Origin: an uncultured Methanoregulaceae archaeon
GTDB lineage: Archaea > Halobacteriota > Methanomicrobia > Methanomicrobiales > Methanospirillaceae
Direction of reading: 5' to 3'
NCBI GenBank assembly: GCA_963737635.1
Contig: CAVTTL010000001.1
Coordinates: 2,144,001 to 2,208,000 of the forward strand
DNA length: 64,000 nucleotides
The position numbers and the translations under genes were made by a program. Positions within the stretch are counted from its first letter, which is position 1. Each line of letters opens with the position of its first letter. The notes beneath the pieces were generated by a model that saw nothing but the letters and a program-made list of their open reading frames with translations, ran no database searches and was not told where the DNA came from. Shown here piece by piece: positions 40,774 to 51,571 of this stretch.

Positions 40774-41736
40774 ATGAGATTCACGAAAGCGCTTGACGTC
40801 AGGATACTTATCGGTCTTATTTTGTGCGCCATCGCCTTTGCTGTTATAACCGGCCCGGCAGCAGCCGAACGTGAGGCAAACGTGTCGGCACTGTTGCCCA
40901 CACCGGCCCCTCAGGTTGTATACATTGGTGTGTATATCGTGGATTTTAAACAATTTAGCGTCGCGGATGGAACGTACGAGACCGATTTTTACCTCAATCT
41001 CATGTCGGATGCCAATATATCGTTAAATGATCTCGAATTTATGAATGGGCATGTATCATCTGTGGATACCATTACGGATACACCTCACGAAAAGAACTAC
41101 CGGATCTATGCATTGATGACCGCAAATCCCGATCTCCGCCGTTATCCCTTCGATAAACACACCCTTCCCATTATCGTCGAGCCGAAGGTTCTCACTGAGA
41201 ATGACATGGTTCTTGTTATCGACGAAAACAATACCGGCCTCGATACGGAGGCCGACCTTCCGGGGTGGAGCTTAAGCGGCATGTCCTCCCAAATCACTAA
41301 CAGAACCTATGTGGCAGGGGAGGTCCCGTATTCCCGAGCCATCTTCAACTATGGGATTGAACGGGATATCGCTTCAACCATTCTGAAATTCTTCCTCCCG
41401 ATCGCCCTTATCGTGACCGTTTCACTCGCATCGCTCTTGATGAAAGTCTCGTCAAGGCTGGGACTGAATGGATCGATGTTCCTGGCAGCGGTGCTCATCC
41501 ACTGGCGTATCGCAGATGCCATTCCTCTTGTCGCGTATGCAACCTTCCTCGATTTCTTTATGATCATTACGTATGCTACCCTGGTAATGGTCCTCATCTC
41601 AGGGATCCTGATCATTAAGTTCACTGAGGACAAGGACACACGCCGGATCGAACGGGTCAATCGCTGGTCTATTCGTATTATACCGGCGCTTTCGATCTCG
41701 TTGTATTTCCTGGTCTTCCTTTCGCTCTTTATATAG
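40774..41736 (+). CDS. Prokaryotic pentameric ligand-gated ion channel (Pro-loop, GLIC/ELIC-like)
   Basis: Signal peptide, beta-rich extracellular domain with DLRRYPFDKHTL, GW, ER before four TM helices. Confidence 0.85.
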   Translation: MRFTKALDVRILIGLILCAIAFAVITGPAAAEREANVSALLPTPAPQVVYIGVYIVDFKQFSVADGTYETDFYLNLMSDANISLNDLEFMNGHVSSVDTITDTPHEKNYRIYALMTANPDLRRYPFDKHTLPIIVEPKVLTENDMVLVIDENNTGLDTEADLPGWSLSGMSSQITNRTYVAGEVPYSRAIFNYGIERDIASTILKFFLPIALIVTVSLASLLMKVSSRLGLNGSMFLAAVLIHWRIADAIPLVAYATFLDFFMIITYATLVMVLISGILIIKFTEDKDTRRIERVNRWSIRIIPALSISLYFLVFLSLFI

Positions 41737-41961
41737 GTGCCTTGGTGGAGCCCGGGGAAAATCTCCCCAGTTTATTCACCGGTGAGGAACAGGACACTAA
41801 AAGAACGGCCCGCTGCCTTCGTAGGGAAGGTGCATACGTCAGGCAAATGCGTAAGCGGGGCTGTTTTATCTTCAATACCGACGGGTGGATCAGAACCCTC
41901 CCTTTTTATGCAGGTGAAACTGATGTACAGAGCAGGAAGAGCAACCGCCCGGCTGTATACC

Positions 41962-42879
41962 ATGAGCATATTTACCAGGATTAAGGACGCTGGATCGACG
42001 ATCAATCTCAGGCTCTTTTTGGTGTATCTCGGTATTGTGCTCATTATCCCGGCGATCTCTACTATCATCGAGTACCTCATCTCAGTCTATCCCGGACTTC
42101 GTTCTGCCCTCCTAGTCGACCTGCAGAACTTCCATGTCTACCAGCTCTTCACCTCTTCGTTCGTTCACCTGAACTTTGATCATTTTCTGGCAAATGTCAC
42201 CGCTTACCTGCTGATCGCTATCTATGGCCTGGTACTTGCTACTCTTATAAACCGGAAACGCCTGTACGTTGTACTGAGCAAGATAATTGTCGTGATATTC
42301 CTCATCTTCGGGGCAGTTTTCGCCGTGTTCAATGCGACGACAACCTATTATGTCGGTCTCTCAGGTATCGATTCGGCCCTTGCCGGGCTGCTGCTCATTT
42401 TCTGGCTGGTGTACCTTGAGCATACCTCCCAAAAGAGGATGCGCACCTATTACGGGCTTGTCCTCTGCTGTGTCCTTGCACTCTCCGCCGGAATCATTGC
42501 ACGGTACATACTTCTTTACCATACCGAGCGGAGTGTCCCGTTTCTTGCGGCGCTTATTACGGTTACCGGCATCCTGGTACTGGCTGTCATCCTGTACCGA
42601 CAGCAGTTTTATGATCTGTACAGGGTCCTGCAGGGCTTTACCTGGTCTGCCCGGCTCATCACTGTTGCGATAGTCCTCATTTTTGCGTACTTTATCTGGA
42701 ACCTGTTCCCGGAACGCCTTGCAAATTCGACTCGTACGGTAAGCATTTCGCTCCACCTTGCCGGTATCGTAATCGGCATCCTTGCCGGGTATCTCTTCCT
42801 GGTGTACCTTGAAAAGATGGCCTACTTCAACGGTGAAAAAGAGGTGGTCTCCGGGAAAATTTCCGGTAAGGTACCGTGA
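41962..42879 (+). CDS. Rhomboid-family intramembrane protease-like protein
   Basis: YQLFTSSFVH...HFLAN, GLSG, HLAG...G. Confidence 0.75.
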   Translation: MSIFTRIKDAGSTINLRLFLVYLGIVLIIPAISTIIEYLISVYPGLRSALLVDLQNFHVYQLFTSSFVHLNFDHFLANVTAYLLIAIYGLVLATLINRKRLYVVLSKIIVVIFLIFGAVFAVFNATTTYYVGLSGIDSALAGLLLIFWLVYLEHTSQKRMRTYYGLVLCCVLALSAGIIARYILLYHTERSVPFLAALITVTGILVLAVILYRQQFYDLYRVLQGFTWSARLITVAIVLIFAYFIWNLFPERLANSTRTVSISLHLAGIVIGILAGYLFLVYLEKMAYFNGEKEVVSGKISGKVP

Positions 42880-42903
42880 AAGATTCCTGACCTTGCGGCG
42901 TCT

Positions 42904-43476
42904 TTACCTAATCGCACCGAGTATTTCATCCGTTGTGCGCACCCGCCCCATTCTCCTGAATATGAAGTTGATTGCAGCATGGTGCTGCTCTGCCGACATC
43001 GAGGACATCGCATCCTCGGCAAAAACCTGCTGAAAACCAAACTCATACGCGAACCGCGCTGTGCTCTCGACACCGTAATCAGTAGCAATCCCACACAAGA
43101 CCATTGTATCCATCCCTCTTCTTCTCAGCTGGAGTTCGAGATCGGTGCCATAAAACGCTCCCCATTGTTTTTTTCCAATAACAATGTCAGAATCGATGGG
43201 GGCGATCTCCGGGATAAACTCGGACCAGTCCGGGGGCATGGGCCCGGTCCGGGAGAAGGTGGCGTCACTTTTCATTTTGAGCATCGTCTCCGGTGTCGAA
43301 ACGACATGCACGAGGAATACCGGCATCCTGTTTTTCCTGAACGCCGTTACAAGCCTGGCTGCATTCCGGACAACTTCCTGCGAAGAATGCGGCTGCGTGG
43401 GCTGTCCCGCTATACCTTTCTGGAGATCGATGACAACAAGGGCAGTGGAGGTTTTGTTTATTTCTAATTCCGGCAT
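42904..43476 (-). CDS. Isochorismatase-family hydrolase
   Basis: LVVIDLQ, KKQWGAFYGT, GIATDYGVEST. Confidence 0.9.
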   Translation of the reverse strand: MPELEINKTSTALVVIDLQKGIAGQPTQPHSSQEVVRNAARLVTAFRKNRMPVFLVHVVSTPETMLKMKSDATFSRTGPMPPDWSEFIPEIAPIDSDIVIGKKQWGAFYGTDLELQLRRRGMDTMVLCGIATDYGVESTARFAYEFGFQQVFAEDAMSSMSAEQHHAAINFIFRRMGRVRTTDEILGAIR

Positions 43477-43533
43477 GGGTTCATCATGCGAACATAGGAT
43501 GTCGGCTTCTATTTATGGGCTGCGGTGCGGCAA

Positions 43534-45162
43534 TCACGGAGACATCTGTAGGTGTTTCATCTTCTCTCCAAGCCAGGGCAGAAAATCCTTTTTCCTTGAC
43601 ATCACACCGGGGAGCCGGGCCGGCAGGGTTTCATCGAAGAGTTGGTGCAGGAGGATGGTGTCACCGGCCCCGTAGAGATCGCTTGCGTTTTCCAGCACGT
43701 TGGTAAACAGCGCAAAAGAAAGGGAGGCTCCCACTGAAGAGCGGGCCGTTTCCAGTGCCTCCTTGATCTCCGTGTCCCGGGAGCGGTTCCATGCAAACAC
43801 CGGCACCATCACCTGCGCGATCTGCACGCTCTTACCCGACAGGGTGAATAGTTTTGTGTCACGGGAAAGGAGAAGGTCGAGAGATATTCCCGAAAGATCC
43901 ATGCCTCGTTCAAGGAGCGCGACACCGAGTTTTTCCGGATCTTCCCCGGCAAGAGGGGCGAGGTAGCTCACTGCCTTTTTGTCCTGGTGAGTTGTTGTGG
44001 ACATCCGTAGCGAAAGGGTGTCGGAAAGGATACCGCAAAGCAGGACGCCGGCGATTTCCCGGGAAGGGGTAAGACCGGCCTCCCGGTACTTCATAGCGAT
44101 AATGGTGGACGTTGCCCCGACCGGATCGTTGAAAAACCGGATTGGCCGGAGCGTCGTGATCGCCCCGAGCCTGTGATGGTCGATGATCTCGACTACGTCG
44201 GCCTCTTCGATTCCGGGGACGGCCTGTGAGGCCTCGTTATGGTCGAGCAGGACGACAGGCCGACGCACGTCATCGAGCAGCGTTGTCCGTGTCAGGATAC
44301 CGATGAGTTTTCCCTCACCTGAGACCACGCATGCGGCCCGGAACATCGAGCCCGACACCACCTGCCGGGCACGGGCAATCGTCTCGGTACATGCGAGAAC
44401 CGGGACATTGGTTTCCATCACCTCCCGGGCGGGAAGCGAGAGATTGATCATTTTGCCAACCCCAAACGCGTCCAGTTTTGTCGAGAGGACCGAGACCCTT
44501 CTTTGTTGTGCGGCGGCAATGACCCGGTTGCCGACCGGCGCCCCCTCAGCGATTATCAGGGCTGCAATTCCCGCCGAGACCAGTGCAAGCTGGGCCGGCT
44601 CGTTATCCCCGACAACCGCGATGTCCTTTTCGGTCATTTTTGCGAGTGTCACGTGCAGCGCATCGATGGCGATGTAAACGCGTCCTTCAAGGATCGGGTG
44701 GGCGGAGACAAGGATCTCTGCACAGAGGACGCGAGCAAGTGTCCCGATCGGTACCGGTATCACCGAGAGGGCAGCAAGATGCAGGGTCCCGATATAGGCA
44801 TTGGCAAGCGCATGTTCGCCGATCATCCCGGAAGGCTTCCCGTCTGCATCCGCAATGACTACATTGCGGATCCCCTCTTTCGCCATAAGGGTGGCGACAT
44901 CGACGGTTGGCACATCCTCCGGCAGGGCAAAGACCGGTTTATAGGTAATATCGGCGAGGGTTGGCTCTACCGAGGGGACAAAAAGTGGCGCAGCGACGCC
45001 GTACCGGTCGAGCATGAATTGGGATTCGGCGTTGATCTCACCGCACCGGGCCGGGACGTACTTACCCGGCTCAGAACGGTTTTTAAAATCCGCATACCCG
45101 ATCACGCTTGCGATGCTGTCAGTGTCAGGCTGGCGGTGACCGAAACAATAGATCTGGCTCAT
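43534..45162 (-). CDS. ppaC: Mn-dependent inorganic pyrophosphatase with CBS-DRTGG-CBS insert
   Basis: GHRQPDTD, LLDHN, IIDHH, SDT, SRKKD. Confidence 0.92.
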   Translation of the reverse strand: MSQIYCFGHRQPDTDSIASVIGYADFKNRSEPGKYVPARCGEINAESQFMLDRYGVAAPLFVPSVEPTLADITYKPVFALPEDVPTVDVATLMAKEGIRNVVIADADGKPSGMIGEHALANAYIGTLHLAALSVIPVPIGTLARVLCAEILVSAHPILEGRVYIAIDALHVTLAKMTEKDIAVVGDNEPAQLALVSAGIAALIIAEGAPVGNRVIAAAQQRRVSVLSTKLDAFGVGKMINLSLPAREVMETNVPVLACTETIARARQVVSGSMFRAACVVSGEGKLIGILTRTTLLDDVRRPVVLLDHNEASQAVPGIEEADVVEIIDHHRLGAITTLRPIRFFNDPVGATSTIIAMKYREAGLTPSREIAGVLLCGILSDTLSLRMSTTTHQDKKAVSYLAPLAGEDPEKLGVALLERGMDLSGISLDLLLSRDTKLFTLSGKSVQIAQVMVPVFAWNRSRDTEIKEALETARSSVGASLSFALFTNVLENASDLYGAGDTILLHQLFDETLPARLPGVMSRKKDFLPWLGEKMKHLQMSP

Positions 45163-45299
45163 AAAAACCTCAGGGAGGCTGTTGCTGGAATAACTGGGAT
45201 GTCCGGGTTCATAAGCTCTGGCAGGCTTATGGGTATCTGCCAAACCCTTTTATCCTGACCGATCCAACCGGATAATCAGTACGGAATAGAACTATTTCT

Positions 45300-45785
45300 A
45301 TGACCAGCCTGTTCACATTTTCGACCCATAGCGGAAAATCAAGGAGTTTGCTTGCGCTCTATATCCTCCATACACTCCGGCACCGGCAGAAATCAGGGTA
45401 CGATATTCTCCGGGAAATCGACGAAATTACCGCAGGGGAATGGACCCCGAGCAAAGGTACGCTCTATCCCCTGCTCCACCAACTTGCTAACGAAGGGCTC
45501 ATTGTCGCAGCCCCGACCGGGTCACGGTCGCGGACCGGGTTTATGCTGACACCCGCGGGACAGGAAATTCTTGAGAAAATTCTTGCGATGAGCGCGGAGT
45601 CCCATAAAAAGATGGCGCACCTCAGGCACCTCGTCCTCGCAATCTTTGGCACCGGGACCTGCCCGGTCAAAGGCATTTTGTTTGAAATAAAGATGCTTGT
45701 CGATGACATGCCGGCCGGGACGGAACGAGAGGTTGGGGAGATCCTCGAACACTGTCGCGATAAACTTAAAAAATGTGTGATCTGA
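45300..45785 (+). CDS. PadR-family regulator
   Basis: GYDI..I, PSKGTLYPLL..L. Confidence 0.88.
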   Translation: MTSLFTFSTHSGKSRSLLALYILHTLRHRQKSGYDILREIDEITAGEWTPSKGTLYPLLHQLANEGLIVAAPTGSRSRTGFMLTPAGQEILEKILAMSAESHKKMAHLRHLVLAIFGTGTCPVKGILFEIKMLVDDMPAGTEREVGEILEHCRDKLKKCVI

Positions 45786-45786
45786 C

Positions 45787-46773
45787 ATGACTGTAGCACT
45801 CCATGTAGCGGACCTGACCCGGCGCTTCGGCGATCTCGTGGCCGTGGATCGCATCAGTTTCGATATTGAGCAGGGCGAGATCTTCGGCCTTTTAGGTCCC
45901 AATGGCGCCGGGAAGACCACCACGCTCTCGATGCTCTCAACCATGCTGGAACCGACTTCCGGTACTGCCACGGTCATGGGTATCGATGTGACCAAAGACC
46001 AGGACGGCGTCCGAAAGGCCATCGGGATCGTCTTCCAGGACCAGAGCCTCGACGAGGAGCTCACCGCGTGGGAGAATATGGACTTCCACGGCCGGCTCTA
46101 CCGGATCCCAAAAGAGACCCGGGAACAGCGGATCGACGAGCTCCTCAGGCTTGTCGAACTCTTCGACCGGAGGAACGATATTGTCAAAACGTTCTCCGGG
46201 GGAATGCGGCGGCGCCTTGAGATCGCCCGGGGACTCCTGCACCATCCGGCCGTCCTGTTCCTCGATGAACCCACGCTCGGCCTTGACCCTCAGACAAGAA
46301 ACCACCTCTGGCAGTACATCGAGACCCTTGCCCGGGAAAAGAACATCACGATCATCCTGACGACCCATTACATGGAGGAAGCTGACCGGCTCTGCAACCG
46401 GATCGCCATTATCGATCACGGGAAGATCATTGCGCTGGACACTCCTGCCCGGCTCAAGGACTCCCTTGGGGGCGACGTCGTAACCATCCAATCACCGGAT
46501 ACCGCAAAGATCGCCGCCATTTTTGCCGTACCGTGGATCAACCGGATAGAAACCCATGACAGGGAAGTGATCCTTACCCTTAAAAATGCTGAGCAGTACC
46601 TCAGCATGATCGTGACCCGGATGAACGAAGAGAACATTTCCATCACATCTGTATCGATCCATAAACCGACGCTTGAGGATGTTTTCCTCTCGTTTACCGG
46701 GAAGACCATCAGGGAAGAGGATATAAGCAGGAAGGATGCGATGAGGATGCATTTCCGGATGATGAGGCACTGA
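45787..46773 (+). CDS. DrrA-family ABC exporter ATPase
   Basis: GPNGAGKTT, FSGGMRRRLE, FLDEPT. Confidence 0.94.
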   Translation: MTVALHVADLTRRFGDLVAVDRISFDIEQGEIFGLLGPNGAGKTTTLSMLSTMLEPTSGTATVMGIDVTKDQDGVRKAIGIVFQDQSLDEELTAWENMDFHGRLYRIPKETREQRIDELLRLVELFDRRNDIVKTFSGGMRRRLEIARGLLHHPAVLFLDEPTLGLDPQTRNHLWQYIETLAREKNITIILTTHYMEEADRLCNRIAIIDHGKIIALDTPARLKDSLGGDVVTIQSPDTAKIAAIFAVPWINRIETHDREVILTLKNAEQYLSMIVTRMNEENISITSVSIHKPTLEDVFLSFTGKTIREEDISRKDAMRMHFRMMRH

Positions 46774-46775
46774 AT

Positions 46776-47525
46776 ATGGATATCGTTTATACCATCTGGC
46801 TGCGGAGCATGAAGCGTTACGTCCGGTCTAAGAGCAGGATTGTCGGCAGTATCGCAATGCCGCTGTTCCTTCTTGTCTTCCTTGGTTTTGGCCTCAACTC
46901 GGTGGTGAATGCCACATCACTTGGGCAGCAGTATGTCATCTTCCTGGTGCCCGGGATGGTCGCCATGAGCGTGCTTTTTACCTCGGTTTTTTCCGGCATC
47001 CAAATCATCTGGGACAAGCAGTTTGGGTTTTTGAAAGAGACCCTGATTGCACCGGTGACAAGAATTGAGATCATGTTCGGCATGACGGTCGGGGGTGCTA
47101 CAACGGCGGTAATCCAGGGGATCATCCTTATGGTGCTTGCGGTGTTGCTCGGTCTGCGGATCACAAACCCGGTAGGTTTTTTGGTAGCGCTCGGCTTTAT
47201 GGTTCTTGTCGGGATCTCGTTTACGGCATTTGGGATCGCGATCGCTTCAAGAATGGAGGACATGACCGGTTTCCAGCTCATCATGAACTTTGTCGTCTTT
47301 CCACTCTTTGGCCTCTCGGGAGCACTTTTTCCTATCAGCTCCCTTCCCCGGTGGCTTGAGCCGGTCACCCTTATCGATCCGCTCACGTACGGGGTGGAGG
47401 GAATCCGGTACGGCCTGACCGGGGTCTCGCAGATTAACCCGCTCATCAGCGCTGCGGTTATTGCAGGCTTCGCGGTGGCGATGACCGTGACCGGCGCCTA
47501 TCTCTTCCGCAAAGTAACGGTATAA
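46776..47525 (+). CDS. DrrB-family ABC-2 permease
   Basis: DKQFGFLKE..AP, LSGALFP...P.W...DPLTY. Confidence 0.93.
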   Translation: MDIVYTIWLRSMKRYVRSKSRIVGSIAMPLFLLVFLGFGLNSVVNATSLGQQYVIFLVPGMVAMSVLFTSVFSGIQIIWDKQFGFLKETLIAPVTRIEIMFGMTVGGATTAVIQGIILMVLAVLLGLRITNPVGFLVALGFMVLVGISFTAFGIAIASRMEDMTGFQLIMNFVVFPLFGLSGALFPISSLPRWLEPVTLIDPLTYGVEGIRYGLTGVSQINPLISAAVIAGFAVAMTVTGAYLFRKVTV

Positions 47526-47606
47526 GTACATGCGGGTCGGGCGCGGTCGGTCCCCTCTTTTCCGGACGGATTGCTATTTAGAGATCCTCGGCCAATACCG
47601 TAACCG

Positions 47607-47978
47607 GTGAAATCAGTGAGTGACGAAATCATTGTTGTCAGCACGCCGTACATTTCGGGTTACAGGATTACAAAGACGCTAGGGTTCACATGGGGCCTTA
47701 TTGTCCGGAGCCGGGGTCTTGGCCGAAACATCACTGCGGGCTTACGCTCGCTTGCCGGTGGCGAGATCCATGAATATACGCAGCTCCTTAACCAGTCACG
47801 GCAAGAAGCGCTTGCCCGTTTAAAAGAGCATGCAGCATCCCTCGGCGCCAATGCGGTTATAGGTGTCTCATTCGATTCATCTGAGACCGGCGGTGTGATG
47901 ACCGAGGTACTCGCCTACGGGACAGCGGTCGTCGTCGAAAAGGACACAGCTGCAGCAAGCCCGGTCCGGCTTGGATAA
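47607..47978 (+). CDS. YbjQ/UPF0145 family protein
   Basis: GGEI.EY..L...R, LGANAVIG, AYGTAV. Confidence 0.9.
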   Translation: MKSVSDEIIVVSTPYISGYRITKTLGFTWGLIVRSRGLGRNITAGLRSLAGGEIHEYTQLLNQSRQEALARLKEHAASLGANAVIGVSFDSSETGGVMTEVLAYGTAVVVEKDTAAASPVRLG

Positions 47979-48144
47979 GAAAAGCCGGTCGCCAAGGTGT
48001 TATTTCGAATCACTAGAAGTGTTCCGTGTCGTCTGCAGGTGGAATGCAAATTCTTTTCGAGGGGAAAACAAGGCAACCTGTACCGTAAGAGATCTTTTGG
48101 ATGCTTCAGGATAGGATCAGAAATAATTTCCCTCAGGTTACCTG

Positions 48145-48632
48145 ATGAGCAAAATCCACGCCGGGCTGGATATTGGTATATCTGTCGCAGCATCCGACGA
48201 CCTCGACTCCATCCTCGCACTTCAGAAAATCGCATTCCTGAGCGAAGCTGCTTTGATCGATGATTACACAATTCCTCCGTTAAAACAGGATATCACTGAA
48301 TCCGGGATGAATTCCGGCACAGTCACTTTCTCAAAGCTGAAATCGATAAACAGATCGTCGGTTCAGTTCGAGCGGAAGTACATGGAGGAACCTGTTTAAT
48401 AGAGAAATTAATAGTTCACCCGGATTACCAGAATCGCGGGATTGGTTCACTACTCCTGACACACATTGAACAACGTTTTCCCCACATTAAGAGATTTGAA
48501 TTATTCACCGGCAGGGAAAGCAAAAGAAACAATGCGTTCTATATCCGGCGTGGGTACAAACCATTCAAAGAGGAAACGATCAATGAAAAACTGACTCTGG
48601 TCTGTTATGAAAAAACGAATTTTTCCGATTAA
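48145..48632 (+). pseudogene. GNAT acetyltransferase, frameshifted near 48300
   Basis: LQKIAF..EA..IPPL in one frame; VHPDYQNRGIG...ELFTG in the next; stop at 48632. Confidence 0.8.
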
Positions 48633-48756
48633 TTCACTCCCTAATTTGGTCTGCGGTGGAGCATTCATGAAGTGCTGTCAAAAATCGGGAGTTTATAAGG
48701 TACTTTAGATAACTGACAATTACCGAGTATCATTTACAAAAGGGCTTTAAAAAAAA

Positions 48757-49953
48757 TCATTTGTTGATGTGCACGACTTTGGCGGGGGGGAACCCGTTGA
48801 AGTACGTGGACGAGGCAATCGAGTAGGCCCCGATATTTTCTGAGTAAACAAGATCCCCTATCTCCAGCTCCGGCAAGTCTGCCGAGAGCGTAATCGTGTC
48901 AAAGGCATCGCAGGTAGGCCCGAATACCGCCGAGATCTGTGTTGGCCCTTCTTTGAAGGCGCGTACCGGGTACGTGCAGTGGTCAAAGACCTGTCCCGAG
49001 TAGGTATGATAAACGCCGTCGTTGATGTAATAACAAGGCTTGCCGTCACGGTACGCCTTCCCGACGACCTTTGCAACAAGCGTGCAGGCATTTGCGACGA
49101 GGAACCTGCCGGGTTCGGCAAGGATCTCCATGTCACACGGGAAGAGCCGGGCAATCTCGGCATTGAGTTTTACCGCCAGTTCCTCGATAGACCGGACCTC
49201 AGGGTTGTATTTGACCGGGAATCCACCACCGATATCCAGGATCCGGATCTTTTTCCCGAGCCGGTTTTCAGTCTCTGCAATAATGTCGGCCGCTATCTGG
49301 AGCGCTACGACATAGTTTTCGAAGTTGGTGCATTGGCTTCCCACGTGGAAACTCAGGCCTTCAACCACAAGACCAAGGTCAAATGCTGCACCGATCAGGT
49401 CAACAGCCTCTCCCGGGTCGGCGCCAAATTTCGAAGAGAGCTCAACCATGGATCCGGTGTTTGGAACCCGGAGCCGCAAGACAAGACCGGCCTGCGGAGC
49501 ATGGGCCCGGATCTTTTTGAGTTCCTCAATATTGTCAAAGGTCACGAGTGGCTTGTACTGGTTAAGATCTTCCAGGGTTTCGATGGGCTTGATCGTATTT
49601 GCGTAGATGATGCGATCCCAGATCCAGTCCTGGCGTTCCTTGTCCGGCATGTCCTTGATGAAATTATGGACAACCATGAATTCGGGCATCGATGCAACAT
49701 CGAAACTTGCTCCCATATCCATGAGCGTCTTCACAATCTCAGGGTTTGAATTTGCCTTGACGGCAAAATACACCTGGATTTTCGGCATATTCTTCTTAAA
49801 TTCGCAATAATTCTCGCGGATCTTCTTATGATCGATAATAAAAATAGGCGTTCCCTGAGTGCGTGCCAGTTCCTGGAGCATCTGACGACTTCCACGATCC
49901 ATATGGGAGACCGTATCGTCCTGCCTGCATGCGGTGGTAGCGTTCACATCCAT
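48757..49953 (-). CDS. PLP-dependent ornithine/lysine decarboxylase (fold type III)
   Basis: FAVKAN, FDVAS, SFHVGSQ, DIGGG, EPGRF, GPTCD, GAY. Confidence 0.92.
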   Translation of the reverse strand: MDVNATTACRQDDTVSHMDRGSRQMLQELARTQGTPIFIIDHKKIRENYCEFKKNMPKIQVYFAVKANSNPEIVKTLMDMGASFDVASMPEFMVVHNFIKDMPDKERQDWIWDRIIYANTIKPIETLEDLNQYKPLVTFDNIEELKKIRAHAPQAGLVLRLRVPNTGSMVELSSKFGADPGEAVDLIGAAFDLGLVVEGLSFHVGSQCTNFENYVVALQIAADIIAETENRLGKKIRILDIGGGFPVKYNPEVRSIEELAVKLNAEIARLFPCDMEILAEPGRFLVANACTLVAKVVGKAYRDGKPCYYINDGVYHTYSGQVFDHCTYPVRAFKEGPTQISAVFGPTCDAFDTITLSADLPELEIGDLVYSENIGAYSIASSTYFNGFPPAKVVHINK

Positions 49954-49981
49954 TCCTCTGCTTTGTTGGTACACAAATGAT

Positions 49982-51423
49982 TCATCGCACAAATAAGAAG
50001 TTTTTGAATTGCCAGACATCAGTACGGTCGTAGGTGTTTTCAGGATTCTCCCGGAAATACACGGTACGGTTCTTGAGAGGTGTCCAGTCTGACGGCCCGG
50101 ACCAGAATTCTCCAAGATAGGGTTTTGCTATATCCAGGACAAATTCATGAGGCAGGTCATCGGGCAGACAGAAACCTTTTTTCGGGTTTTCGATCATCCA
50201 CATCACTGCAGAGACAACTCCGAGTGCCACCTGGATCGTGGTCGCATTCTGTCCCGGCGCAGCTTCCGTGCTTCATCGATCGAGAGAATGCTCCCGGTCC
50301 ACCACGAATTGTACGGGTGGCCCATCAGGAGCGCACCGAGGATATCTGAGCCGCTTGAGATTTCCCGGTCGTTCATGATCCGGAGCTTGGGCTGGAGCTC
50401 GTAGTTTTTGCCCCGCAGCTCATGAAGAGACGCGATGGTTGCATCGCAGGGCATATACGCATAGTTCACGGTCGGCCGGTAGATCGCTTTACCGTCGCGC
50501 CAGACCGTCCAGCGATCGGAAATACCAAACGCCTCCCCGTGCCGGATCACCATGCCCACGATCTCCTGTTCCGGTACCCAGGACCGGACCCACGTATTGA
50601 TTCCCATGTGGGGGAGCATAATCGCATTCTTGGGACCAGAGGCGGGAACATGAGCGTCAGGAGGCAGTTCTTTTTCGTGAGTGCCCCACCCGATCTCTGC
50701 CGGGGCCGTACCCTCTTCGAGCAGCCCCTCGATGCACCAGGTACCGACAAACTCGTCCATCTTCTTTGGCGACCGGGATATCTGGGTGTCACGCTCGGAA
50801 CAGTGAATGACCCGGATCCCGACCTCCATGGCAAGTTCGTTGAACTTCTTCTCGGCAATCAGGCGTTTAAACCGGGCCGGGTCCTGTGCTTTCCCGTCCT
50901 CAATCATCTTGTAGGCAATATCCACCAGTCCCTGTTTTGTCATATGCGAGATCAGGCCCGGGTTTGCCCCGTGATCGACCACACACGTGGTGGAATCTTT
51001 CCAGTCCCCGGTAAGCTCCCGCAGTTTCATCTGCCGATAATACAGGGACTTTTCGACCGGGCTTGCCGTATACCGTTCACCGAGGGGGTCCCATGCTTCT
51101 ACGGACGTATTCACATACAGCACGTTGTGATCGTGACACCACTGGATAATCTCGCCGCAGTCAATATTCCAGGCAAGATCGATCAAAAGCCCGCCCTCGG
51201 CCAGGGTCTCGCTGAGGATGGATCCCAGGTTTGCCGGGGTGATCTTTCGCTTCAGGAACCGGAGACCCCGGGTCGTATACGCTTTGAGATCCTGGGTTTT
51301 TTCCTTAAAGTCGACGATAGTGATATTTTCAAGGGGTATATTGACATGCCGAAGCAGGATGGGGAGCGTGCATTTGGACACCGCGCCATAACCGATAATG
51401 AGTACTTTGTTTTTGAATTCCAT
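49982..51423 (-). pseudogene. hss: Homospermidine synthase, frameshifted near 50260
   Basis: IGYGAV, DHGANPG, YRPTVNYAY.PCD; QNATTIQVA..PDDLPH..WQF continues in the shifted frame. Confidence 0.85.
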
Positions 51424-51571
51424 CCCAACCCTCCCGGGGGTTACCTTCTCTCTCGTGTGTATTTTACGCGCTTTTACGTTATAAAATATGAGAAAATGCT
51501 CCCTTATCTGCAAATCCCAAAAAAGCGGTTACTTATTTGGGGATAGTGACAATATACCGGCAGGCGATCTT

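Noticed and set aside
48671-48745. AGTGCTGTCAA, possible element end
   Set aside because: No matching inverted end or core sequence.
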